Below are positions 51,335 through 61,474 of a stretch of DNA of 64,000 bases, in pieces. Where the stretch lies: assembly GCA_016840035.1 (NCBI GenBank), contig JAEOTC010000086.1:32001-96000 (forward strand), written 5' to 3'. Source of the stretch: Candidatus Hodarchaeota archaeon. Lineage in GTDB: Archaea > Asgardarchaeota > Heimdallarchaeia > Hodarchaeales > Hodarchaeaceae. A program made the position numbers and the translations under genes. Positions within the stretch are counted from its first letter, which is position 1; each line of letters opens with the position of its first letter. The notes under the pieces are model-generated. The model searched no databases. It saw nothing but the letters and a program-made list of their open reading frames with translations, and was not told where the DNA came from.

Positions 51335-53047
51335 TTAACTTATTATAGATCCAATATTCTTAAGGAAAAAGTAGTGATCGAGGAATTCCTCCTCAGTTAT
51401 TAATGATCGGGTATCGATTATATTTTCAATTAGTGTAAAGTTTTCTGCGAGATTTTTATAGGAAAAATTCTCTGGAAACTCATTTATTAAATAGGTCGCG
51501 ATAACATCAGGAGTCAAATCCTCCTCTGGACTATAACGTTTGATGATATTTCGCTTCAGTCTTCTAAATATGAGTTCAAGGCCCCTAGAATATTGCCTGT
51601 ATTCAAGGAACCACCTCATTTTTACAGCAAAGAAGCTCCTTCCGTAATAACGTTCGACTCGTGTTAATAGTAATGGTTTTGCTTGTGTTTTTCTTGGTAT
51701 GAATCTACGTGATAATATTAGTGCAATTGGTACAAGAAAAATTGCGAATAGGGGAAACATTGTTATCATATCCAAGAATTTAAGATAAAGACTTAAGGGG
51801 AAAATCGGGGTTAATGGATTATTTGCTAAGTGTCCCTCATCAAAAATAATGGTCTGTCCTGGCCGCTCTTTCATCATAATTCGTATTACATTATCTGCAA
51901 ATGCACGGTTGTCATAACGACTCGCCAGAGGATAATCTGCGTTATCAGAATCAATGTATTGGTTAATAAAGATTGAAGGATCAGAACATAGAATAATTTG
52001 ACCACCTAATGGGAAGGGAAAGTAAACAAATACTGGGAACCCTATGTTCGGATTTCCCCATTCATTGAGATTTGGCTCGATATTGTTGACATCAGCTTTT
52101 GCACCAGAAATATCCGATTCCATCCATGCTTCGGTACTACTATAGAGAACAGCAATTTGAAGACTAATAGACATATCAGGGAGCTCAACTCCTGGAAATT
52201 GTTCACCTAAACTATCATAAGCTGAAGACGCCGAAGCTGGAAATTCTCCCATTGGAACCCATTTCGTAATATACTCAGTGTCATTAAGATTTGACTGAGT
52301 ATTGTTTGGATCGGGATAGCGAACTTTCATGGTTATGATAGAAGCAAAATTTCCGATTACTCCAGTTCCACTTAGACCTGTGGTGAAATCAGTAACCCAA
52401 GGAGCAGGCATCTTATAAGTTGTTCCTTCTTGAGAAGTACTGGGAGATTGAAAGATTGGAGTAAGTGGGGTACCATCGTAACTCCCTTGATCCGCTAGTA
52501 AACTCCCATTAAATGCAATTCCTGCTATGGGAAATGGAATCGAAGTATTTTGACCAGATGTGCTGGTGTTCATACCGAGAGGATTAGTACCCCCCGTATC
52601 ACCAAATCCCATTGAACTCATATCTAATTGAGAGATAAATCCTAAAAAGATTGATAAAACACTGAGGATATCATTTCCTGTCCCAAAATCATCTGCAATA
52701 ATCACTCTACCGCCATTAATAGCATACATAAGTATAGCTAAGGATTCTGAAAAATCGTAATGAACAGATGGTCCAAGAATTATTAACGAGCCTTGATTCC
52801 CTCCAAGCTCTGTTTGATTTAATCGATTAAGGACGTTACTGCTTCCAACAATTGTTGATATCTCGGCCCCTTCCTCGACGAAAAGGTCTTTGAAAGTACT
52901 TGCACCGTTCCAACTGGTATTATATATTGAAAAATGTGTTGTGTTGTTAGTAAATAAAAATCCAAGCATTGATGCAGAAGCAAATGGATAAGATATGAAT
53001 ATGGCTAGAATAATAAGAGCACTTGTCGTTCTATTAATTTCAGCCAT
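51335..53047 (-). CDS. DUF4350-like membrane-anchored protein
   Basis: FSIYNTSWNGAS, GGRVIIADDFG, SDPSIFIN, FDEGH. Confidence 0.8.
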   Translation of the reverse strand: MAEINRTTSALIILAIFISYPFASASMLGFLFTNNTTHFSIYNTSWNGASTFKDLFVEEGAEISTIVGSSNVLNRLNQTELGGNQGSLIILGPSVHYDFSESLAILMYAINGGRVIIADDFGTGNDILSVLSIFLGFISQLDMSSMGFGDTGGTNPLGMNTSTSGQNTSIPFPIAGIAFNGSLLADQGSYDGTPLTPIFQSPSTSQEGTTYKMPAPWVTDFTTGLSGTGVIGNFASIITMKVRYPDPNNTQSNLNDTEYITKWVPMGEFPASASSAYDSLGEQFPGVELPDMSISLQIAVLYSSTEAWMESDISGAKADVNNIEPNLNEWGNPNIGFPVFVYFPFPLGGQIILCSDPSIFINQYIDSDNADYPLASRYDNRAFADNVIRIMMKERPGQTIIFDEGHLANNPLTPIFPLSLYLKFLDMITMFPLFAIFLVPIALILSRRFIPRKTQAKPLLLTRVERYYGRSFFAVKMRWFLEYRQYSRGLELIFRRLKRNIIKRYSPEEDLTPDVIATYLINEFPENFSYKNLAENFTLIENIIDTRSLITEEEFLDHYFFLKNIGSIIS

Positions 53048-53089
53048 GGAATCTCACTTGAATTAAAGTATTTGCACCGTTTTTATCCG

Positions 53090-53590
53090 TTATTCTGACA
53101 TAGGAATTTCTCCAATTGAAGTTGCCATTTGGAGGAATTGATGAAGCCCTGATAAGCCATCCTTGAATTCTTGATTGGTTAAAGGAGTTTGACCATATCG
53201 TGCTTTTTCAAATGCAATAATTATAGCATTAATTGCACTAGGATCAAGATCACCTCTGTTCATAAGCTTAACACCAAGCTGTCTTGCAGATTCATTGGGT
53301 GCACGACCTACACCGAGAAATCCTTCGGAAGCTAAAGTCATTGTTTGCCACATTAGAACAGCTGCATCCTTAAACATCTGTTGTCGTGCCAATTGTCTAA
53401 TTTGTACAAGTCTTTGTTCAATTTCTTGTTCGAGAATCGTCTTTTTAGCTGCGGTAATTCCTAACGCGTCTATAATTCGTTCACGAAAGTAATAGACTAA
53501 AGCACTGGCGACTATTAACACAACAAAAGCTAAGATGTAGAGTTCCGGGCCAATCTGAGCAAAGAAATTTAATCCTTTCATTCTTATCAC
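53090..53590 (-). CDS. DUF4129-like protein with N-terminal TM
   Basis: NESARQ, FEKARYG. Confidence 0.75.
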   Translation of the reverse strand: MIRMKGLNFFAQIGPELYILAFVVLIVASALVYYFRERIIDALGITAAKKTILEQEIEQRLVQIRQLARQQMFKDAAVLMWQTMTLASEGFLGVGRAPNESARQLGVKLMNRGDLDPSAINAIIIAFEKARYGQTPLTNQEFKDGLSGLHQFLQMATSIGEIPMSE

Positions 53591-53741
53591 TAATCTTTTT
53601 TGTTATTGGGTTCTAATTTTTATAAATCTTAATATGTTAATATTGTATTGGTAGAGAGATATGTTAATTTTACCTCATAATATTTTTTTCTTATAATTGT
53701 TCTGAAATCAATTATTTATTTTTCATAACTATAGATCATTT

Positions 53742-56700
53742 CTATCCTTTTCGTCGAGCTTTTACACGCTCAAAGATCACTGCAATTCCAATTCCACTGC
53801 CTAGGGCAATAATATCTAGTAAGATAAACTGAATTAGGTCTATTGGGCGTAATACACCAGGACCGCCAGAAGGGGGTTCTGTTGTTGTTGAAGGAACGTC
53901 AGTTGTAGTCACTGGGTGCAGTATGACAAAATTATCTGAATCAACTGAACGACTGTTGCCTGTGTTGTCAAATACAGTGATTACTACCATATAGTTTCCA
54001 TTATTCAAAATATCGGCATTTAAAGTTAGACTTGCATTTGTATCTGCGATTAAGGACACTTCTGTGTCAGTAGGATCGTAAGTTTGAAGTTCTGTGTTAT
54101 CATCAGCATTGAATAGAGTAAACCGTATGAAATCCACATTTATCCCACTTTTGAGATCATAAAATGAAACTCCAATCTCAAATGTTCCTTCAGCAATAGT
54201 TGGAGGTGGATCTGCTTCAATCAATAATGCTGGAACTTCATCTTCTAATTCGATTGTTAAAACTGTTTCATTAGCATTTCCTGCTGTGTCCGAAACAGTT
54301 ACTATTAATTCCCAAGTAGTTTGGAGTAAGTCGAATGTGGAATTTCTGATTAAAAAGGTGGTATCAAAGATATTCCAGTTATAATTAAAGGAATTACCAC
54401 TTACATTTAGTGCAACATTGTTCAAGCTTAATACTGGCACATCACCTTGAGGTTGAATGTCTAAACTCACACTTGGATTATTTACACCAGAATCACGTCC
54501 CGTACTTGAACTTGAATCGGAAATCGTTCCAGAAATTAATATATCACCGTTGGAATTCATGGTAGCGTATACGGTACTATCTGAAGTTATGGAGGAAGCA
54601 CTAATTGTAGCCATCGGATCAACAACGTCAATTACGGCATAAAAGGAAACATTACGAAGATTTCTGGCGTTATCATATGCAGTTATTGAGATAAAGTACG
54701 TTTGATCAACTGCACTAGATGTATCCCAGTCAAAAGTGAATCTGGTATTTGTGATATTGGTCATTGAAAAGCTCGCCCCATCAATAGTAATCATAATCGA
54801 GCTATAATTCATTCCAAGGGAAACATAACCTATACCAGTATCCCTATCTGGATCAAAAATATCAGCGAAAATTTGTGTTATAGGATTATTCGGCTGTGCG
54901 ATAGTTTCTATGTTTGAAGGACCCATTAGAGTGATACTAGGTGCCGTATCGTCTATAGCAATCCAGTTAAAAGTAACTATAAAGGTTGTTGAGAGGGTTG
55001 TTCCATTATCTAATCTATGTGAGAGACTCCAAATCCATGAGACACTAGTAAACCCAGTAAAAGTGTGATCAAAATTAAATGCTCCACCACTTCCGGCATC
55101 TACTGACGGAAAACTACCATTCCAATCGTCATTAAGCTCTTTCCCCACTAATCCTCGATTGATCTGATCTACAAAATCTCCAAGAATATTGATTTGCCGA
55201 TGAGAATCACCCACAATATAGTAGGTACCACCATTCGCAATTGGAATTGTAGAACCGTTTGCAGGGAGATAAATCTCAAACGAGGAAATACTAATGGCAT
55301 TGTATACGTTTAATGGTTGTGCAAAAAATCGGGGGCGATAATGAATGAGTCCAGGTCCCCAAACGACCTTGGATCTAATAGAAATTCCATTTAATGGATA
55401 GGTAGTTGGTATTTGATAAGATAATGTGAAACTTCCAGAGGTCAGACTTCCAAAGCTTGGACTTCCTACTTCTTGTGAACCGTCATAACCAATATTACGC
55501 ATTAAACCGATAAATTGAGATGAATCAACAATTGAATTTTGGTCGTCACGGATGGTTCCAGAGGAAATCACACTCTCTCCAACAAAGACTGAATTTCCAT
55601 CATATCCGCTTAAGGTATGACCAGATATAGATAACCATGATATTAACCTAACATTTGTGATCGGATTACGGTTCTCTTGGGGAGTAGGAGTTGCCGGATC
55701 CCAACCATAGATTTGAATATCCTGCAATTGAGTAGATCCTGGAATCGTAATGATAGCTGAAAATTCCCCATTAGCATCAGTAACAACATTAGTTAGTGTT
55801 ATCGTTTGTGAGGAAGGAATCGTGATATTATAAGCAAGGCGTACCGTTGTAAAGGGAACACCCATACTCGCTACTGGATCATAATAGCTACCTGAAATAT
55901 TGACTGAGGTTGTCCCCCGATATACCTCGTAATAACCAGTTGTTGCATTTAAACCTGCATCTGGATGAGTTCCGTCAGTAATATCGTTAATTGGATCTTG
56001 AATTAGAACTTGAATTCGATCGACATTTTTTACTTCAAAATTAAATGTCGCTGATGAGATGGTATTTGTGTGTGAACCATTAACCCAAACTCCTGATAGC
56101 TCTCCAGAGGGCACAGAGGAATGAGATATATTGTAAGTTAATCCTTGTGCATCGCCAAAATGAGCAGTAGCATTCACTGTATACCATTTTTCGGGAGTAG
56201 TTCCTGTTGGCTGAAGAGAGAATATTGCTTTACTAACAGCTGAATCTTGGTAGCTTCCAACTGGAATGACATTCATATTGATGGTGGGATCTCCTGGAAG
56301 TTTACCATCTACTTGGATGGAAATATTAACATCATCAATATTCGGAAAAACTGTTCCTGCTCCACTCAAATAAAGTGTAAATTCAATATTTATCCATTCA
56401 GTCTGGCCAATTCGAGTAACGGGATTATCGGCCGGATAGGCAGTAATTTCGCCAAAGAAATATTGGGGATTAACTGTTACTGTTTCTTCGACATCTGAGT
56501 ATGAGGTACTAGAATAGAAGCTGGGATTGGTTGCTTTTTGTCCTACCAACCAGACGCCAGGGTCTGAAGTTAAGTCAGCTGTTGCATTAATTACTATATC
56601 AAGGATTTTCGGGGTTGTAAGAAAAGTTGTGGTTAATTGTATCGTAACATAGCCTGAACCATTTGTCGTAGAGCCTCCTACATAGACGAAGGATACACCC

Positions 56701-58880
56701 GCATAGACTCCTCCAAAAACAACGCTTACATCTACTCCTGCGAGTCCTGCTCCTCCTCCTTCCTGCTGAACTCTAAAGTCTATCTCAAGAACATCTCCAG
56801 AACGTATCGTTGTATCTCCAGACTCATTTGTTGTTGCCAGAATGATCTCATAGGTTGTGAAATTTGGATCGATGTTTAGATTCGTGTCTTGTTTAGTTCT
56901 CCAAGATTTATTCCATTGGGCAAATGTAGCTGTTCCTTGATGTTGATCACCAATCCAACGGACTTGTGAATCATTTTCAAAATCAACTGTAAGGTCTAAT
57001 ATAATCGTTTTCAATATTTCAGGAGTAGTAAGGTAAATTGAATTTACTGTAACTTCTATCATTCCACTTGAATCAGTATACCGGTAACCGTTTGCATAAA
57101 GGGGATTTCGCAGAGCATTAAATGATAAAGAAACACCTGGAGTGACTTGATTTAATTCAATCTTCACTGGAACACCTGAGAAATCGTCTAGTGTTGAAGT
57201 AGAATTCACCTCAAATACGAGTGTGGATGATTCTCCTGGACGAATACTTGATGCTGTGATAGAATTTAGATGAATATCGCCTATCCAGAATTCAGGATCG
57301 ATACTGATCATATCACCCCCCGATGATACATCAAGGGCTCCACCAGAACTTCTTATGTACATATGGAAGTTATTTGGATAACTACTGGGATAAGCTCCTC
57401 CAGGGAAGTCAGAATTGCGTAAATCTGCAAATGCGGTTATTATTGGTGTTTTAGATTGGTATGGGATTGGAAAACCGGCTGTGACAACAAATTGAACCAT
57501 TCCGCTTCCATTTGTTTGTGCCCATCCTGTTCCATTATCGAGAAATCCAGTGCCAAATTGGAGATCAACTCCCGTTGGATACGAATCTAGAGACGCATTT
57601 ATCGGGATTCCTGCAACTTGGTACACATCACTAGTGTATACGTAATCAATATTCACTCGAAATGTTACCAACGTCGAGTTTACATTTGGGGGATCGATCG
57701 AGGATGAGGGTACAGCAGATACAAGCTCCAAGCTAGCGATATCCATTTCATTTTGAACTGTAAAATTGGAAGTACTGGATACCCAGTTGGTTGTAGGATC
57801 TGATCCATCATAATTTTCTGTAAAATAACCAGAGACTGGATCTATTGTGGTGTTAAGAATGAAGTAATAATCATTTTCTGGAGTTGTTGGATAAGTAGTT
57901 GTAACATTTAACCGTAGCTCACCGTTCGTGTCAGTTGTCGTACTTGGTAAGCTGGTGGTCATATCTAAGAGATTGTAGTTTATTCCCTGTCCTCCATTAG
58001 GTATAAGAGTGTGTGTAGCACCATTACGGAGCTCTACATCAACAGTTAAGCCCGAGATGGGTGTTGTACCTGATTGAGCTTTGAGTACTACAGTTGCTTC
58101 CTCTCCCTGACGAAAAGTACTATCGCTGCTGGCAGTATTTACAAATCCTGGACTTGTTTCTGCAAGGGTAGAAAAACCACTAACAATGAAATAATCAACT
58201 TTGGCGAATGCGTTTACATTCTCGATCTCCGCTGTTACATTCGAACTCCCTCCAGGATAATATTGGTAGATAGAAACATTATCTCCAGGTGAAATCCCAT
58301 AGGTATTGGTTAATTCAGACATATCAGGTATAGCAAATGATACATCGATAATTCCTTCAGTTAAATCAAAAGAGATTGATGGAACAGTGGGTGTACCATT
58401 CGTTTTTGCCGTTGTAATTAAGTGATTTGCGTCTGTAAGATCACCATAATCATGTTTATGCAAATAAATACTAATAACCTGAGAAACAATTGCTAAAGGT
58501 CCTGTTTGTGAACTATTAAATCGATTAGTGACACTGATAGTTTCTCCTGGGAAATAAATGGCTTTATCAGGATCAATTGATGTTATTGAGTAATAGGGAG
58601 AGTTTAGCGAATCCTTATTGCGATAGATCCCTGATTGGGGAACAGAGGGAGTGTATGAAAAAGGTTCACGTAAAGAAGTTAAAGATTGATTCGTTGATTG
58701 ATCCTCCTGAGGAAGATTATATCCAAGAAAGGGTAAAAGGAGGGAAGACATAGTTAAGAGAGGAACGATTAGTAAAAACGAGTATAACGACGATAAACCT
58801 TTTAGTTTTGCTGACAAATTCAATTCACCAAACAGAGAATGGATTAGAACCAAGATAAACGTCGGAGTGTTCACTATCAT
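53742..58880 (-). CDS. Giant cell-surface (glyco)protein with tandem Ig-like domains
   Basis: Signal/TM, repeated TDxNG/TNGSG, DxTAP and AYDNARN/VSDTAGN/VFDNTGN motifs, many NxS/T, Thr/Pro linker, TM and basic tail. Confidence 0.8.
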   Translation of the reverse strand: MIVNTPTFILVLIHSLFGELNLSAKLKGLSSLYSFLLIVPLLTMSSLLLPFLGYNLPQEDQSTNQSLTSLREPFSYTPSVPQSGIYRNKDSLNSPYYSITSIDPDKAIYFPGETISVTNRFNSSQTGPLAIVSQVISIYLHKHDYGDLTDANHLITTAKTNGTPTVPSISFDLTEGIIDVSFAIPDMSELTNTYGISPGDNVSIYQYYPGGSSNVTAEIENVNAFAKVDYFIVSGFSTLAETSPGFVNTASSDSTFRQGEEATVVLKAQSGTTPISGLTVDVELRNGATHTLIPNGGQGINYNLLDMTTSLPSTTTDTNGELRLNVTTTYPTTPENDYYFILNTTIDPVSGYFTENYDGSDPTTNWVSSTSNFTVQNEMDIASLELVSAVPSSSIDPPNVNSTLVTFRVNIDYVYTSDVYQVAGIPINASLDSYPTGVDLQFGTGFLDNGTGWAQTNGSGMVQFVVTAGFPIPYQSKTPIITAFADLRNSDFPGGAYPSSYPNNFHMYIRSSGGALDVSSGGDMISIDPEFWIGDIHLNSITASSIRPGESSTLVFEVNSTSTLDDFSGVPVKIELNQVTPGVSLSFNALRNPLYANGYRYTDSSGMIEVTVNSIYLTTPEILKTIILDLTVDFENDSQVRWIGDQHQGTATFAQWNKSWRTKQDTNLNIDPNFTTYEIILATTNESGDTTIRSGDVLEIDFRVQQEGGGAGLAGVDVSVVFGGVYAGVSFVYVGGSTTNGSGYVTIQLTTTFLTTPKILDIVINATADLTSDPGVWLVGQKATNPSFYSSTSYSDVEETVTVNPQYFFGEITAYPADNPVTRIGQTEWINIEFTLYLSGAGTVFPNIDDVNISIQVDGKLPGDPTINMNVIPVGSYQDSAVSKAIFSLQPTGTTPEKWYTVNATAHFGDAQGLTYNISHSSVPSGELSGVWVNGSHTNTISSATFNFEVKNVDRIQVLIQDPINDITDGTHPDAGLNATTGYYEVYRGTTSVNISGSYYDPVASMGVPFTTVRLAYNITIPSSQTITLTNVVTDANGEFSAIITIPGSTQLQDIQIYGWDPATPTPQENRNPITNVRLISWLSISGHTLSGYDGNSVFVGESVISSGTIRDDQNSIVDSSQFIGLMRNIGYDGSQEVGSPSFGSLTSGSFTLSYQIPTTYPLNGISIRSKVVWGPGLIHYRPRFFAQPLNVYNAISISSFEIYLPANGSTIPIANGGTYYIVGDSHRQINILGDFVDQINRGLVGKELNDDWNGSFPSVDAGSGGAFNFDHTFTGFTSVSWIWSLSHRLDNGTTLSTTFIVTFNWIAIDDTAPSITLMGPSNIETIAQPNNPITQIFADIFDPDRDTGIGYVSLGMNYSSIMITIDGASFSMTNITNTRFTFDWDTSSAVDQTYFISITAYDNARNLRNVSFYAVIDVVDPMATISASSITSDSTVYATMNSNGDILISGTISDSSSSTGRDSGVNNPSVSLDIQPQGDVPVLSLNNVALNVSGNSFNYNWNIFDTTFLIRNSTFDLLQTTWELIVTVSDTAGNANETVLTIELEDEVPALLIEADPPPTIAEGTFEIGVSFYDLKSGINVDFIRFTLFNADDNTELQTYDPTDTEVSLIADTNASLTLNADILNNGNYMVVITVFDNTGNSRSVDSDNFVILHPVTTTDVPSTTTEPPSGGPGVLRPIDLIQFILLDIIALGSGIGIAVIFERVKARRKG

Positions 58881-59327
58881 TAAATTTGAGCCAGTAGTGA
58901 AGAAACTCTCCGTATAGTCGTTTTATGTAATCCTGTATTAATTAATGTTGCCTAATTCGGTTGAGAAGTTTCTATTGTAAAATATTACTATAGGTTCTTT
59001 CTCGTGACTTTTTTACACGAAATCTTACTCTGTGCCAGTATAAAAGAAAAATTGAGTTTATTTCCTGATATAAATCCTGTAAAGCTACGGTATTGTGACC
59101 TGCTAGAAGATCTAAAATATCTCCATATTTAAAATTCTGTTTCTATAAGTTAAACTTAACTACTTATATTTTCACGGAAAAATCTTCCTCAGTAGATTTA
59201 ATAGTGTGTAAATCAGACAATTCTTAGGAATCAATACTTAGAAATATTTATCGTTATATATTAGTAATAGAATTAGAAGTTATCTTATTGTTAAGTAATA
59301 CCAGCAATTCGAATATTTATATATGAT

Positions 59328-60110
59328 GTGGGTTTTACTCTATTTGCGGAGTCATTCTTAATGGTTTTATTCAAGGGAAGTAAAGTTAAGAAAGGTCAGG
59401 AAGAGTTCGATCAAGGCATGGCTTATTATGAAACTCAACGATATGATGAGGCCGTGGAGAAATTTAAACGGTCTGCAAAACTCTTTAATGATGGTGATGA
59501 GAAAAAGTTGAGTAAAAGAGCTGAAGCATTCAAACTTTGCGCCTATGGCTATACCGATATGATCCAGATGAATTTCTTAGAGGCAATTCGTTCTTTTGGC
59601 AAAGCAAATGTAATATTCTCAACTGAAGGTTTTTTAGATGAAGCTAAACACGCAAGAACGGTTCAAGCACAAACTCAAGGAGAATTAGCTAAATCTAAGG
59701 CTCAGAATGGGGATTTCATTGAATCCGCCAGATTATATGAATCTGCGGGGGCATTATATTCAACCACAGGGTTAGAGATGGAGGCAGCCAAAGCTCGTGC
59801 GCGTTCCTTTGTTCAACGAGCTGCTGCAATGGAATCAGATTTTGACAAAGCATATTATTTAGAACGAGCCGTTGAGGAATTCAAGAAAGGTAGGGAAGAT
59901 GCTACTCGATATGAGGCACTTGCATTATATAGTAAAGCCAAATCTCTTATTAGTGCTCGTGAAAACATGAAAGAAGCCATTGATTTACTAGTACAAGCCC
60001 ACGAGAAGTATGTCAAGGTTGGAAGCACATCTCAAACCGAGAAAGTAAAACTCTTATTAGAAGACCTAACAGAACAAGTAAAGATTCGTCCATCTGAATT
60101 TGGAGTGTAA
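59328..60110 (+). CDS. TPR/SNAP-like helical repeat protein (start probably ATG 59361)
   Basis: YDEAVEKFKRSAKLF, ESARLYESAGALY repeats. Confidence 0.65.
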   Translation: MGFTLFAESFLMVLFKGSKVKKGQEEFDQGMAYYETQRYDEAVEKFKRSAKLFNDGDEKKLSKRAEAFKLCAYGYTDMIQMNFLEAIRSFGKANVIFSTEGFLDEAKHARTVQAQTQGELAKSKAQNGDFIESARLYESAGALYSTTGLEMEAAKARARSFVQRAAAMESDFDKAYYLERAVEEFKKGREDATRYEALALYSKAKSLISARENMKEAIDLLVQAHEKYVKVGSTSQTEKVKLLLEDLTEQVKIRPSEFGV

Positions 60111-60165
60111 CAAAAAACAAATAATTTAGCCTGTGATGATTTGTTAAAAGGCACAGATTACCAAT

Positions 60166-60966
60166 ATGAAGAGCGATGAGCGGTCTGAGGCTATTTTCCT
60201 TTTAAACTGGAGCCAAGCTACAGTGAACATCAGTATATTTCCTCTAAGGGATTTTCCTCTTATTAATCCTGGTGATCCACTAGCAGATATTATTGTGGAT
60301 GAACTACGAAAGATGGACCTGAAGGATAGAGATATCATTGTAATTGCGCATACTATTGTTTCAAAAGCAGAGAATAAAGTTTTTGATTTAGAAACAATAA
60401 CTCCAAGTCCGTTTGCGTTAGAGATCGGTAAAAGGCAGGAAAAGGATCCACGTAAAATCGAAGTGATTTTACGTGAAAGTAGCGAAATCATTCGTATGAA
60501 TGATAATGTTCTGATAACAGCAACCCACCATGGATTTATCTGTGCTAATAGTGGAATAGATAAATCTAATACACCTGGAGAAACGGTAATCTCTCTTCCT
60601 GATGATCCTGATTCTTCTGCTAGACAAATAAGGGAGGTTATTAAGAAAAAATTAGAGAAGGATGTTGCTATAATAATCTCTGATACCTTCGGTCGCCCTT
60701 TAAGAGTAGGCACTGTTAATTTTGCTATAGGATTAGCTGGGATCGCCCCTTTAGAAGACATTCGGGGTAAAAAAGATCTATTTGGTTATGAATTAAAATC
60801 AACAATTATAGCAAGGGTTGATGAGGTGGCTGCAGCTGCGGGTATAGTTATGGGGCAAGCTGATGAAGGAACACCGATTATTATAGTAAGAGGGGTTGAA
60901 TATTCAATCAGCAATGAGTCTGCACGAGAATTGATACGCGAACCAACAAAAGATGTCTTCCGATAA
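60166..60966 (+). CDS. cofE: F420-0:gamma-glutamyl ligase (start likely GTG 60223)
   Basis: IVSKAE, CANSGIDKSN, LPDDPD.SA, DTFGRP.R.G, DLFG, MGQADEG.P. Confidence 0.9.
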   Translation: MKSDERSEAIFLLNWSQATVNISIFPLRDFPLINPGDPLADIIVDELRKMDLKDRDIIVIAHTIVSKAENKVFDLETITPSPFALEIGKRQEKDPRKIEVILRESSEIIRMNDNVLITATHHGFICANSGIDKSNTPGETVISLPDDPDSSARQIREVIKKKLEKDVAIIISDTFGRPLRVGTVNFAIGLAGIAPLEDIRGKKDLFGYELKSTIIARVDEVAAAAGIVMGQADEGTPIIIVRGVEYSISNESARELIREPTKDVFR

Positions 60967-61030
60967 ATAAAAAACAATAAGGGGAATGCTATTCCTCAGA
61001 CGTTAGTTACATCCTACCGTGTTAACATAA

Positions 61031-61132
61031 GCGCCGATAGTCTAGTCTGGTAGGACTTCACCCTCCCAAGGTGATAGCCCGGGTTCAAATGGGTTTCTCT
61101 GTCGAGATATTCTGAAATTCCCGGTCGGCGCA
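61031..61132 (+). tRNA. tRNA-Gly(CCC) with T-loop intron 61090-61118 (59/60)
   Basis: GCGCCGA/TCGGCGC, TCACC-CTCCCAA-GGTGA; BHB TTCA-AAT..TGAA-ATT; 73 nt after splicing. Confidence 0.9.
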
Positions 61133-61158
61133 TTTAATCTCGAGTGGACTGATATTAC

Positions 61159-61443
61159 ATGGAAATATTGTTTGTTTTTCTTGGTTCTTTACAATATGAC
61201 TTAGGTCATATGGAATTATCCCAGAAATTTGAGGAAGGTATATCTGTAAAGGCCGCAGTTCAAGAACTTTCCAAAATATCAGAATTTAAAGATATAAATA
61301 AATACTTCACTGATTCTTATGAATCCACAAGATCAATAATCATCTTTCTAAATGAACAGGATATTTCTGTGCTGAAAGGGATGGATTCTACACTTCAACA
61401 AGGTGACAAACTTACATTTATTCCAGTAATTCATGGAGGATAA
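61159..61443 (+). CDS. MoaD/Urm1/SAMP ubiquitin-like protein
   Basis: IFLNEQDI..L.G....LQQGD....IPVIHGG. Confidence 0.9.
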   Translation: MEILFVFLGSLQYDLGHMELSQKFEEGISVKAAVQELSKISEFKDINKYFTDSYESTRSIIIFLNEQDISVLKGMDSTLQQGDKLTFIPVIHGG

Positions 61444-61474
61444 TTTTTACTGTTTAATAGGTAGGTAGCTAATA

